From the NCBI RefSeq assembly GCF_902713615.1, contig NC_052161.1, forward strand, positions 117,282,636-117,346,635: a stretch of 64,000 bases of DNA, read 5' to 3'. Each line of letters begins with the position of its first letter. The first letter of the stretch is position 1. Of the stretch, positions 1 through 10,024 are shown piece by piece. The DNA is from Scyliorhinus canicula. Lineage: Eukaryota. The translations under genes were made by a program, and so were the position numbers. A model generated the notes under the pieces. That model saw nothing but the letters and a program-made list of their open reading frames with translations, was not told the DNA's origin and ran no database searches.

Positions 1-160
1 TCACTGTCCATGTGGAGTTTGCACATTCTCCTCGTGTCTGCGCGGGTTTCGCCCCACAACCCAAAGATGTGCAGGGTAGGTGGTTTGGCCACGCTAAATT
101 GCCCCTTAATTGGAGAAAAAAAATAATGAATTGGGCACTCTTGAATTTATTTTTTAAAAT
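1..160 (+). mobile_element. tRNA/V-SINE (HE1-related, A-tailed short form), cut by window edge
   Basis: CACTGTCCATGTGGAGTTTGCACATTCTCC...GGCCACGCTAAATTGCCCCTTAATTGG. Confidence 0.85.
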
Positions 161-559
161 TATTGCTAGTATTCAGTTTGGAAATTTTCCAAAAACGGAC
201 GCAAGTGTATTTTGACTGTATTTCGATGAAGCGAGGAAGACACGGACCCACTGAAAGTTGGAAGTGCATGTGGGCAGTTTTCCAATAAAGACTATAATCT
301 TTGGAGAGGATTTTGTAATGGGGTGTGGTTATCAGTCATGTTAAAGCATTAATAAGGGTCATCTTTTCCGTAGTTTACGGTATTATTTGCCTACTAAATA
401 ATGCTTTGTTAATGTTGCTTTTAATTTGTTCGCTATAGTAAAAGTCTTAAAACATGGAATATTGAGAGAGTCTTTTAAATTGGTCACAAAGAATTCAAAT
501 ATATTTTTTCAAAGTCACCGGTCTCTACAGGTGATCACAAGATACATTTGAGGGCAACA

Positions 560-781
560 GGGCAGCATGGTTGCGCAGTGGTTAGCACTGCTATCTCACA
601 GCCCTGAGGTCCCAGGTTCGATCCCAGCTCTGGGTCATTGTCCGTGTGGAGTTTACACATTCTCCCCATGTTTGCGTGGGTTTCACCCCCACAACCCAAA
701 GATCTGCACGTTTAGGTGGATTGGCCACGCTAAATTGTCCCTTAATTGGAAAACATGAATTGGGTACTCTACGCTTTTAAA
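560..781 (+). mobile_element. tRNA/V-SINE A-tailed short form
   Basis: GGGCAGCATGG..GTTCGATCCC head; TSD GAGGGCAACA. Confidence 0.88.
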
Positions 782-1202
782 TTCGAGGGCAACACCATTT
801 CAACAAATTACAAGGCGATATTAAACATGCAGAATGGTCAAATAACTGACAAATGAATTTGAACTCATTTATGTATTTTGGTAAATGCTGATCAGGAAAA
901 TAAGATTAATAGTCACAACAAAAAGCAAATTATGTCACATTTCTAAAGGAATAGAGTTAAGAAATTACGCTAAACTTGTATTGAACATTAGATGGACCAT
1001 AAATGTAGAATCTCATGTACATTTCCGATTGGCAAATGATAAAAAAAAGGATAAGGATAAGAGGCACTCGAGAGAGTGCAAAATGTTGTACAAGGCTCAT
1101 ATCAAAACTGTGAGCAAAGGATGAACAAGCTGGGTCCCTTCTTTTGAAAAGGGAGGGCAAAGAGATAACCGAATAGAAGTCTCTTAAAATTGGGAACGGT
1201 TT

Positions 1203-1511
1203 TATAATAATAATCTTTATTGTCACAAGTAGGCTTACATTAACATTGCGATGAAATTACTGTGAAAATCTCTTAGTCGCCACATTCCGGCGCCTGTTCG
1301 GGGACACAGAGGGAGAATTCAGAATGTCAAATTCAGTTAACCAACATGTCTTTCGGGACTTGTGGGAGGAAACCAGAGCACCCGGAGGAAACCAACGCAG
1401 ACATAGGGAGAACGTGCAGACTCCGCAGACAGTAACCCAAGCGGGAATCGAATTTGTGACTCTGGAACTGTGAAGCAACAGTGCTACCCATTGTGCTACC
1501 ATGCCACCCAC
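1203..1511 (-). mobile_element. tRNA/V-SINE with GTGACAATAAAG(ATT)n tail
   Basis: Same head as the other SINEs, distinct 3' half. Confidence 0.85.
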
Positions 1512-2151
1512 GATACTAGACAGAAATTTACCACTTGTGGGGAAGCATAAAACAAAAGGCCATAATAACTAAGAAATCAATAAGAATCTTTATTACTAAT
1601 AGAGTGCTGTTCATCATCACAGGTTTGTGACCATTAGCATTGATACATTTAAGGGGAGGCTAGATAAGCACACACGGGAGAAGAGAATAGAGGAAGGAAG
1701 GGTGGAATATAAACATTTGCATGGACTGGCCACGCTGAATGCTATGTTCTATGAATTCTATAGCGGATCTCAAGTCAGCCAGTATGAAATTTACAAGTGG
1801 CCTCAATGACCTTGAGAAGGGAGAAGAAACATGGCCAAGGTATTGGAGAAATTGCAAAATCAAAAAGCAGTTAGATGTCTCTTAATGAGGGGAAATTATT
1901 GGTGGGAAATATCCCCTAGCACTAAACCTTGCTGACTTTACATTACATTAGAATCCCTCCAACATTTTGGCAGATAGGGTTCATTAGAAGCTACAGCGTT
2001 CCAAGGAGGCCATTGCAGTCTACCAGTGAACTTCTTTAAACAGAGAAGCTCAAGAATGCTTGGCGGGGTGGGGGGTGGTGGTGGGGAAGAAATAAATCAA
2101 ATTGCAATATCCAAGTGAGAAATCTACTGCAGGAGAAACAGACATCTTTAC

Positions 2152-2262
2152 CTTCCACCGATGGAGAAAAAATGATGAGGTGGTCATACAGAAATTCTCC
2201 GTATTTAATCAAAGACAAACCAGGATCATCCGAAATCTTGAATGTCAAGTTAAATCCTAGAT
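2152..2262 (-). CDS. DDOST: DDOST coding exon 2
   Basis: 111-bp exon, AG acceptor at 2264-2263, GTAAAG donor. Encodes (D)[36 protein letters not shown], near-identical to DDOST; phase 1-1. Confidence 0.95.
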
Positions 2263-2624
2263 CTAATTGGAGATTTCAAACAAAGGTATAGGTTAGTGCA
2301 TTTCAGTAATTGATGAGGAACATACAAAGATACACAAGTGAGTTACAGCAAGATATAGCATAAACTAGTATTCATACAGTGCATATAGAAAGTTGTTCTT
2401 TTAAAGTTGCTCATTGCCTTAATTCTCACAATTACAACTCCTCTGCAGTTCAGTCAAGCTTTGTGACTAAATTTGGAGTTTCTCTCCCATCCAACCCGGA
2501 CGCTGGACTCCAAAAACCTCTGGTTTAATGGCCTGGTTACACCCCACCTAACTGCACATCCTTGGATACCAAGGGGCAACTTTAGCATTGCCAATCCCAC
2601 TAAACGGCACATCTTTGGACTGTA

Positions 2625-2847
2625 GGGCAGCACGGTGGCACAGTAGTTAGCACTGCGGCCTCACGGCGCCGAGGTCCCAGGTTCGATCCTGGCTCTGGGT
2701 CACTGTCTGTGTGGAGTTTGCACATTCTCCCCGTGTTTGCGTGGGTTTCGCTCCAACAATCCAAAAGATGTGTAGGGTAGGTGGATTGGCCATGCTAAAT
2801 TGCCCCTTAATTGGAAAAATGAATTGGGTACTCTAATTTTTTTAAAA
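2625..2847 (+). mobile_element. tRNA/V-SINE short form inserted in an older minus-strand SINE
   Basis: TSD ATCTTTGGACTGT. Confidence 0.88.
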
Positions 2848-3275
2848 ATCTTTGGACTGTGGGGCAAAACCCACAGACATGGGGAGAACGAGCAAACTCG
2901 TTACCCAAGACAGGAATCGAACCCAGGCCCCTGGTGCTCCAAGGTGGCAGTGCTAACCACTGTGCCACCATCAATATTGGCACTGGTTCTTTTCCCCTTG
3001 TTTATTTTGACCTCTCCCAGGACACTGCACGGCTGCAAAGTTTGGGAGGGGTATGGGGTGGGTGCAGAAGGTAAACGTTTAGCCGTGATGATCCAGCCAT
3101 CACGGTATGTGACAGGTTTGCTGGATCAACTGCTCTTTTTTTTCTGCCCATTAATGAACGTTAGCGCGTCTCCCCCAGACTGAGCTCCTTTGCTATCTCT
3201 TCAGGATCTTACACGCCACCTCCACTGTGCCCCCATGATTGAGGTCACCCTTCCAGCCCCGCTACTAGCTCCCAC

Positions 3276-3447
3276 CTGTCAGGCTCCTGAAGAACATGGA
3301 GTGTGTCTCCTTCATGTTGGTGTTCTCCAGCAGCACCAGCATCCGCCCGGCCCCCTGAGCCACGGAGAGGAGGGAGAAGAGCAAAAGAACCCATGTCCCC
3401 GAAACCCGGTGCGCCCCCATTCCGCTCTGGTTCCGATCCACCGCCAT
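3276..3447 (-). CDS. DDOST: DDOST (OST48, oligosaccharyltransferase 48 kDa subunit) coding exon 1
   Basis: ATG at 3447 (GAAATGG context) encodes MAVDRNQSGMGAHRVSGTWVLLLFSLLSVAQGAGRMLVLLENTNMKETHSMFFRSLT. This is a signal peptide plus a match to vertebrate DDOST [22 protein letters not shown]. GT donor at 3275-3274, phase 1. Confidence 0.93.
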
Positions 3448-3720
3448 TTCCAGGACCGCACAGAGACCGGAACCGGAAACATCCAACGTCCCACCTCCCC
3501 CTAGCAACCGCAGTCCCTCGCGTCGCTCTCCTCGCTTTTTATTATTATTCCCATTGGATTTACTATTTATTTTTAGATTTCGAGCCCCAAAACTTTTTAA
3601 CCGTGAAAATGCGTCAACGTGAAAAGTCAACCCCCCCCACTTCTCAAATCAACCAATCAGCTCCAGCCAACTTGTCACTAAAGCCTACTGCAACACTGGC
3701 AGAGGTCCCCGGAAAACCAG
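3448..3720 (-). promoter_or_regulatory. DDOST CpG-rich promoter/5'UTR region
   Basis: CpG-rich sequence around exon 1, tandem CCGGAA ETS-like motifs (3467-3480), CCAAT box AACCAATCAG (3651-3660). Confidence 0.55.
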
Positions 3721-3764
3721 AATGTGGTTTTGGGTTCCCAATTACTACCAAACACAATAAGATG

Positions 3765-4278
3765 TCTTACAACACCAGGTTAAAGTCCAACAGGTTTGTT
3801 TCAAATTACTAGCTTTCGGAGCACTGCTCCTTCCTCAGGTGAACGAAGAGGTTGGTTCCAGAAACATATATATATATATATATATATAGACAAAGTCAAA
3901 GATGCAAGACAATGCTTTGAATGCGAGCATTTGCAGGTAATTAAGTCTTTACAGATCGAGAGAGGGGTAATCCCAGGTTAAAGAGGTGTGAATTGTCTCA
4001 AACCAGGACAGTTGGTAGGATTTTGCAACCCCAGGCCAGACGGTGGGGGGTGAATGTAATGCAACATGAATCCAAGGTCCCGGTTGAGGCTGTACTCATG
4101 TGTGTAGAACTTGGCTATAAGTTTCTGTTCGGTGATTCTGCGTTGTCGCATGACAATTGCCAGGCAGGAATGTTCCCTTCCAGTCGGGGAACACTTCAGC
4201 AGTCAAGGGCATTCAGCCTCTGATCTCCGGGTAAGCGTTCTCCAAGGTGGCCCTCAAGATGCGCAGCAATGCAAAAAT
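3765..4278. mobile_element. Penelope-like element 3' end with 5' inversion (GIY-YIG C-terminal fragment + pseudo-LTR)
   Basis: TIARQECSLPVGEHFSSQGHSASDLRVSVLQGG on + (4150-4275). Its continuation (ITEQKLIAKFYTHEYSLNRDLG) and the terminal repeat are on - (3765-4150). Internal (TA)n. Confidence 0.75.
3806..3843 (-). ncRNA. minimal hammerhead ribozyme motif in Penelope terminal repeat
   Basis: Minus strand UUCAC-CUGAGGA-A-GGAGC-AGU-GCUCC-GAAA-GCUA-GUAA: core CUGANGA, stem II, GAAA, palindromic AGCU stem III. Confidence 0.6.
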
Positions 4279-4484
4279 ACCTTATTTCAAGTAAATTCAA
4301 ACAGAAAAAATCAGGTATAGCTGAATAGGTAGGGGATGGATGCACAGCCAAAGAAAGTTACCCGGAGTAACTAGAAGCTCGTACAAAGACTTTTAAGAGG
4401 ATCTTAAATGAAACTCAAGAAAATGTTTCTGAAGAAAAGTATGGTTGCTGTGGTCATATGCCTGTAGACAATATTATATATCGT

Positions 4485-4757
4485 TGATGGTGTGACCTCC
4501 AACCAGCAGGTGGCGATACAGATTTACCATGTGGTCCTGAGACATCGGTCACATGACATCCAACTTTCATCATAAGGTTGTAAGGCGTACATGAGGAGAG
4601 TCGTGCATAAGGGTAGTTCCAGGAGAGTCTAATGTAACTCTATGATAACTTGATTCTGATCGTTAGCTTACCATATGTACATTAATAAATCCTAATTCTG
4701 GCAAACTCACCAGCAGTTCTGTAGATTCATTACTCGATAAGATCACGGAACACAATA
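4485..4757. mobile_element. probable solo LTR (Gypsy-like)
   Basis: TG start, internal AATAAA, LTR-like size and composition, no coding part. Confidence 0.35.
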
Positions 4758-4957
4758 GTGCGCAATATGATAAAGAAAAGGGAAAGTACATACAAGAGGC
4801 CAGAATTAAGGAAGGAGCAACAACAAACTCAATAGTCTACAATTCTGATAAATTAATTATTAACAGTAAACTTGAGTGTCATTTGTGCAACAACAACCTA
4901 ATTATTAGGATGAAGAAGATCCTGACTGACTGTAATATTTTCTATGTTCGTGGATGA

Positions 4958-5329
4958 CGATGTCTTTGTAGTTGAAGTGATCAGAGAACATAAGGCTTTG
5001 TAAATGAACTAAATTGTTTATTAACTAACTAAAACACTAAAGAGTTTCTATGATGTCTACTATGATTACAGTTGGATACTATGGCTAAACACAAATAACT
5101 ATGATTAACTAGTATTAATTACTATTGACAGAGTTACTTGATTTGCAACTGGACTCTATGCCTGCTATCCATGTTCTGCCTCACATGTGTCTGCATTCCA
5201 GTAATGTTCTCCTGTTGCCACGCCGCCTGTGGTCGGATGCTAGAATTGTAATCTATACATGCAGGCACTAATGTTTCTATACAGTTTGGTTATATTATAT
5301 GCACAGATGATAGTTCACATATCATCACA
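4958..5329 (-). mobile_element. probable solo LTR (Gypsy-like)
   Basis: Ends ..CATCACA (TGTGATG on -), TTTATT polyA signal on -, LTR-like size. Confidence 0.35.
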
Positions 5330-5339
5330 CCGACTAATC

Positions 5340-5800
5340 CCAGCTCTGAGAAAGTGACAACCTTATTCAATCGTGGCATACCCTATGACATGGCATACAT
5401 CAATTTTCAAAACACAATTGATAACACTCCACTTGAAAGATTATGAATTAAGCTCAAAGCTCTGGAAATTCATTGAAATCTTGAGTACAGTTAAGAAATT
5501 GGCTGAGGGCGAAAGGTTAGCAGCCTAATGTCCAGAGGTTGGGTGGGAGGTAAGTACTGATGTCGTGCCCTAGAACGTGTTGGGACCACTGGTATTTCTA
5601 GGCAGTATCAATTACTTGGATCCAGAACCTCAGTGGAAATTGGTCAAAATTAACTTTTCAAATGTGGCTGCTCAGAAGCTGGAGAATGACCTAAATACAC
5701 TAAATACAATATAAGCTAAATACACTAAATACAATATCAAAACTGCAGATAAAATTAACACAGGCAAGAGTGAAGTATTGCAAAGAGAAAAGAAAAATTG
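5340..5800 (+). mobile_element. old degraded CR1 LINE RT fragment
   Basis: Degenerate DMAYINFQ..D..P and VP...LGPL CR1 RT motifs. Confidence 0.45.
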
Positions 5801-5839
5801 TCAGTTTTCAATGTTTTGATCAGTTTCAGCATTAACAAA

Positions 5840-6036
5840 TTTTTAAAAAAAAATTTATAGTACCCAATTCATTTTTCCAATTATGGGGCAATTTAGCATG
5901 GCCAATCCACCTACCATGCACATCTTTTTGGGAGAATGTGCAAACTCCACACGGACGGTGACCCAGAGCCGGGATCGAACCTGGGATCTCAGCGCCGTGA
6001 GACTACAGTGCTAACCACTGCGCCACCATGCTGCCC
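5840..6036 (-). mobile_element. tRNA/V-SINE short form
   Basis: TSD GCATTAACAAA. Confidence 0.85.
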
Positions 6037-6387
6037 GTCGCATTAACAAAATTAATATGAATAATTTTCTGCATTGCATTTAAAAATGCTATTTTTAGTT
6101 TGCTTCTATCACAGAATCATTACGGTACAGAAGGAAGTCAGTTGTCCGATTTGTTTCTACCAGCTCTCTAAATCAGCATTATGACTGCCTTTATCAGCAT
6201 TCTCCTGCCTTTCCCCCATAGTCCTTCACATTGTTTCTATTCAAATAATCATCGAATGCCCTCTTGAAATCTTCGATTGAACCTGCCTCCAACATACTTC
6301 CAAGCAATGCATTCCAGACCCAAACCACTATTTTTTGCACATCACATTTGCTTCTTTTGCAAATTACTTTAAATCTGTGCCCTCTCG

Positions 6388-6940
6388 GGGCAGCATGGCG
6401 GTGCAGTAGTTAGCACTGCTGTTTCATGGCGCTGAGGACCCGGGTTCAATCCCAGCCTATGTCTGTGTGGAGTTTGCACATTCTTCCCGTGTCTGATTGG
6501 GTCTCACCCCCACAACCCAAAAAATATATGTATGGTAGATGAATTGGTCACATAATTGGAAAAAAAAGAATTGGATACTCTAAATTTATGAAAATATGTT
6601 TTCAAAAATCTGTGCCCAGGGCAGCACGGTAGCACAGTGTCACTGTCCATGTGAAGTTCACACATTCTCCCCGTGTCTGCGTGGGTTTCACCCCCACAAC
6701 CCAAAAGGATGTGCAGGGTAGGTGAATTGGCCACGTTAAATTGCCCCTTAATTGGAAAAAAGGAAATAATTCAATACTCTAAATTTATATTTTTTTTCAG
6801 AGTACCCAATTCTTTTTTTTCCAATTAAGGGGCAATTTAGTGTGGCCAATCCATCTACCCTGCACATCTTTTGGTTGAGGGGGTGAGACACATGAAGACA
6901 CAGGGAGAATGTGCAAACTCCACACGGACAGTGACCCGGG
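6388..6940. mobile_element. cluster of three SINEs (+,+,-)
   Basis: Copies at ~6388-6607 (+), 6619-6790 (+), 6795-6940 (-). Confidence 0.8.
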
Positions 6941-7144
6941 AGCATTTTAACATGTTACAAAACAAAACAAAAACATGACTCCCCAAATTCAACAAACCCT
7001 ACATCAACAAACCCCTCAACAGTTGATGATAACTAGCTCTCCGGAATGCAAAATAAACAAACTTCATCTCTTGTGGAACCCCATATTTGTCCTCTTAGGG
7101 CAAATTTCACTTTCTCAAGATGTGAGAACTCCATTAGATTCCCC

Positions 7145-8960
7145 CAGTCATACTTCCCTACTTTTGTATTCAATTCCCCTCACAATAAATGGAAATATTC
7201 TGTTAGCTTTCCTAATTACTTGCAGTACCTGTATACTAGCCTTTTGTGATTCATGCATTAGGGAACCCAGATACCTCTGCGCCTCAGAGCTCTGCAATCT
7301 CTCACCATTTACAGAATAAGCTTTGTTTATATTCTTCCAACCAAAATGGACAATTTCACATTCACCCATGCCATGCACCATTGCCAGATTTTTGCCCACT
7401 CACTTCACCTATCTATGTTCCTTTGTAACCTCCTTAAGTCCGCTTCACAACTTACTTTCTTACCTATCTTTGTGTCACCAGCAAATTTAGCAACCATACC
7501 TTCAGTCCCTTCATCCAAGTCATTATATAAATTAGAAAAAGTTGAAGCCCCAGCACTGATCCCTCATCACATCCTGCCAACCAGAAAAATACCCATTTAT
7601 ACCAACTCGGTTTCCTGTTAGCAAGCCGATTTTTAACCCATGCCAATATGTTACCCCCTAAACCATGAGCTTTAATTTTCCACAATAATCTTTGATGTGG
7701 CACCTTATCGAATGCCTACAGGAAATCTAAGTACAGTACATCCACTGGTTTCCCTTTATCCATAGCACATATGACCCTTTCAAAGAAATCAAATAAATTA
7801 GTTAAATATGATTTCCCTTTCACAAAACCATGTTGACTCTGCCTGATTGCTTTGAAATTTTCCAAGTGTCCTGCTATAACACTTGTAATAATGACTTCAA
7901 ACATTTTCCCTACGACAGATATAAGGCTAACTGGCCTGTAACTTCCTGCTTTCTGTCTCTGTCCCTTTTTGAATAAAGGAGATACATTTGCTACCTTCCA
8001 ATCTAATGGAACCGTCCCTGAATCTAGGGAATTTTGGAAAATTCAAACCAATGCATCAACTATCTCATTAGCCACTTTCTTCAAGACCTTAGGGTGAAGT
8101 TAATCTGAACCTAGGGAATTGTCCGTCCGCAAACCCAACAATTTGCTCAAAAATACTTCCTTGGTGTTTGTAATTTTCCTGAGTTCTTTCCTCCCTTTCA
8201 TTTCCTGAATTACAGCTATTTTGGAATGTTACTCTATAGTGAAGACCGAAGCAAAATACCTGCTTAACTTACTTGCCGTAGCTATGCTTTCCATTATCAA
8301 TTCCCAGATGAACTTTCTGCAGGACCAATGCTCACTTTGTTAACTCTTTTCTTATTTAATATCTATAGAAATTCTTTCTATCCGTCTTTACATTATTGCT
8401 ACTTTCTCTCGCACTTTGTTTTTCTTCCTTATCTTTTTGTCATTCTATGGTGTTCTTTATATTCTTTCCAATCTTTTTACCTGCCACTCGTCTTTGCATA
8501 AATATATGCTTTTTCTTTAAATTTAACATTGTCTTTAACTTTTTAGTTAACCATGATGACAGGTCCTCCCATTGGACTGTTTCTTTCCCATTGGAATGCG
8601 TCTGTGTATTCTGAAATAGCCCTTTAAATGTCTGCCATTGAGTCTTTATTGCCCTCTTAAGCATATTTGCCAGCCCACTCTAACTAGCTTCACTTTCAAG
8701 CCCTCATAATCGCCATTTTGTAAGTTTTAAATATTTGTCTTGGACACTCTTCTCTCCCTCAAATTAAAATTCAATCATATTATGCTTATAGGGATGCCTT
8801 CACTATGAGGTTATCAATTAATCCTATCTCATTGTACAATACCAGGTCTAATATAGCCTGTGCTGTGCATGGCCCCAGAACCTGCTGTTCTAAGGAACTA
8901 TTCCCAAAACATTCTATGAATTCCCCATCAAGCAACTTGCTACCAGTTCGGCCAGGTTTT
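7145..8960 (-). mobile_element. CR1 LINE ORF2 fragment
   Basis: ORFs with SQHGFVKGKSYLTNL, VDVLYLDF, LDLVLYNE, QRYLG; many stops and frameshifts. Confidence 0.85.
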
Positions 8961-9079
8961 GCTGGTATTATATACTCAGGCTTGTTTAATTTCTGAGTGG
9001 TAAACACTTTGCAAGAATCTATAAGTTGGATTGTATGTCAGTGCTATTTGCCACTCTCTGCCCATGTCCTTAGCTGTTA

Positions 9080-9560
9080 GCCCAGCTGCGGCCTGCTCTG
9101 GGAGACTCCAGCAACACAGCCTGAACCGCAGCCCAGCCCATCCCATCCCCGGAACTGACTGGCCGCCATTTGCCGTGGGGCAGGCCGGCCCCGACAGTCG
9201 CCGGTTCGGTTCCTCCTCAGTGCCGGGGAGCCGGGGCCGGCACAAAGATGGACGAGGTTCAGAGAAAAATTCTGCAGCGGCATCGCGTCCGCCTGGTGAC
9301 AAGCCTGCGGCCCGACCCCCTCTACGATCCCCTGGTGGCGAAAGAGATCTTCACCCAGGACATGATCGAGGAAATCAAGGTGTGCGAGGGATACCGTGGC
9401 GGGGCCAGGGAGGGAACCCGAGGACCCCGTCAGTCGGCTTTTCTACTTCGGGCCTGAAATGCTTCAAATGCCGCTGGGCGGGGAGCGGAGTTGGGCTCGA
9501 CTGTGACGCAGCACACAGTTGAATATCCCAGTTCACGGGTTCGTGGACAGCGGAGGACTC
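9080..9560 (+). promoter_or_regulatory. CASP9 CpG island/promoter
   Basis: Strongly GC/CpG-rich block spanning CASP9 exon 1; GCCGCCATTT (YY1-like) at ~9162-9171. Confidence 0.6.
9248..9379 (+). CDS. CASP9: caspase-9 exon 1 (CARD N-terminus)
   Basis: MDEVQRKILQRHRVRLVTSLRPDPLYDPLVAKEIFTQDMIEEIK; 132 bp; GT donor; CARD of caspase-9. Confidence 0.95.
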
Positions 9561-9571
9561 CTGTGGACGCT

Positions 9572-9785
9572 TTTTAAAAATATAAGTTTAGTGTACCCAA
9601 TTGTTATTTTTTTCCAACTAAAGGGCAATTTAGCCTGCCCATACATCTTTGGGTTGCGGGGTTGAGACCCACGCAGACATGGGGAGAATGTGCAAACTCC
9701 ACACGGATAGTGACGCGGGGCCGAGATCAAACCCGGGACCTTGGCACTGTGAGGCAGCAGTGCTAACTACTGTGCTCCCGTGCCC
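9572..9785 (-). mobile_element. tRNA/V-SINE short form
   Basis: Family consensus match. Confidence 0.85.
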
Positions 9786-9880
9786 TCGTGTGGCTCCCGT
9801 GCCCTTGTGTGGCTCCCGTGCCCTCGTGTGGCTCCCGTGCCCTCGTGTGGCTGCCGTGCCCTCGTGTGGCCGTCGTGCCC
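9774..9880 (+). repeat. 19-bp minisatellite (GCTCCCGTGCCCTCGTGTG) x ~5.6
   Basis: Tandem units read directly; abuts the 5' head of a minus-strand SINE. Confidence 0.9.
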
Positions 9881-10024
9881 ATCTGTGGAAGCTTTTCATG
9901 TCAGCAAGATTTTATATATCTGTGTGTGTATAGGTAATGATTCACAAGGGACCTGTATGCCTTGAGGAGCACCGTTCTGCATCAAGCATTGGGCAGTCAA
10001 GGAAGCAGCTCCTAAGAGGACAAC

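Noticed and set aside
560-640. tRNA-like A/B boxes as tRNA genes
   Set aside because: They are SINE heads without a full cloverleaf or anticodon arm and are followed by SINE bodies.
3448-3630. Longer N-terminus of DDOST from the ORF track
   Set aside because: It starts at a non-ATG codon and lacks homology; the ATG at 3447 gives a normal signal peptide.
9774-9880. Possible CRISPR-like array
   Set aside because: Head-to-tail tandem repeat with no unique spacers, in eukaryotic DNA.
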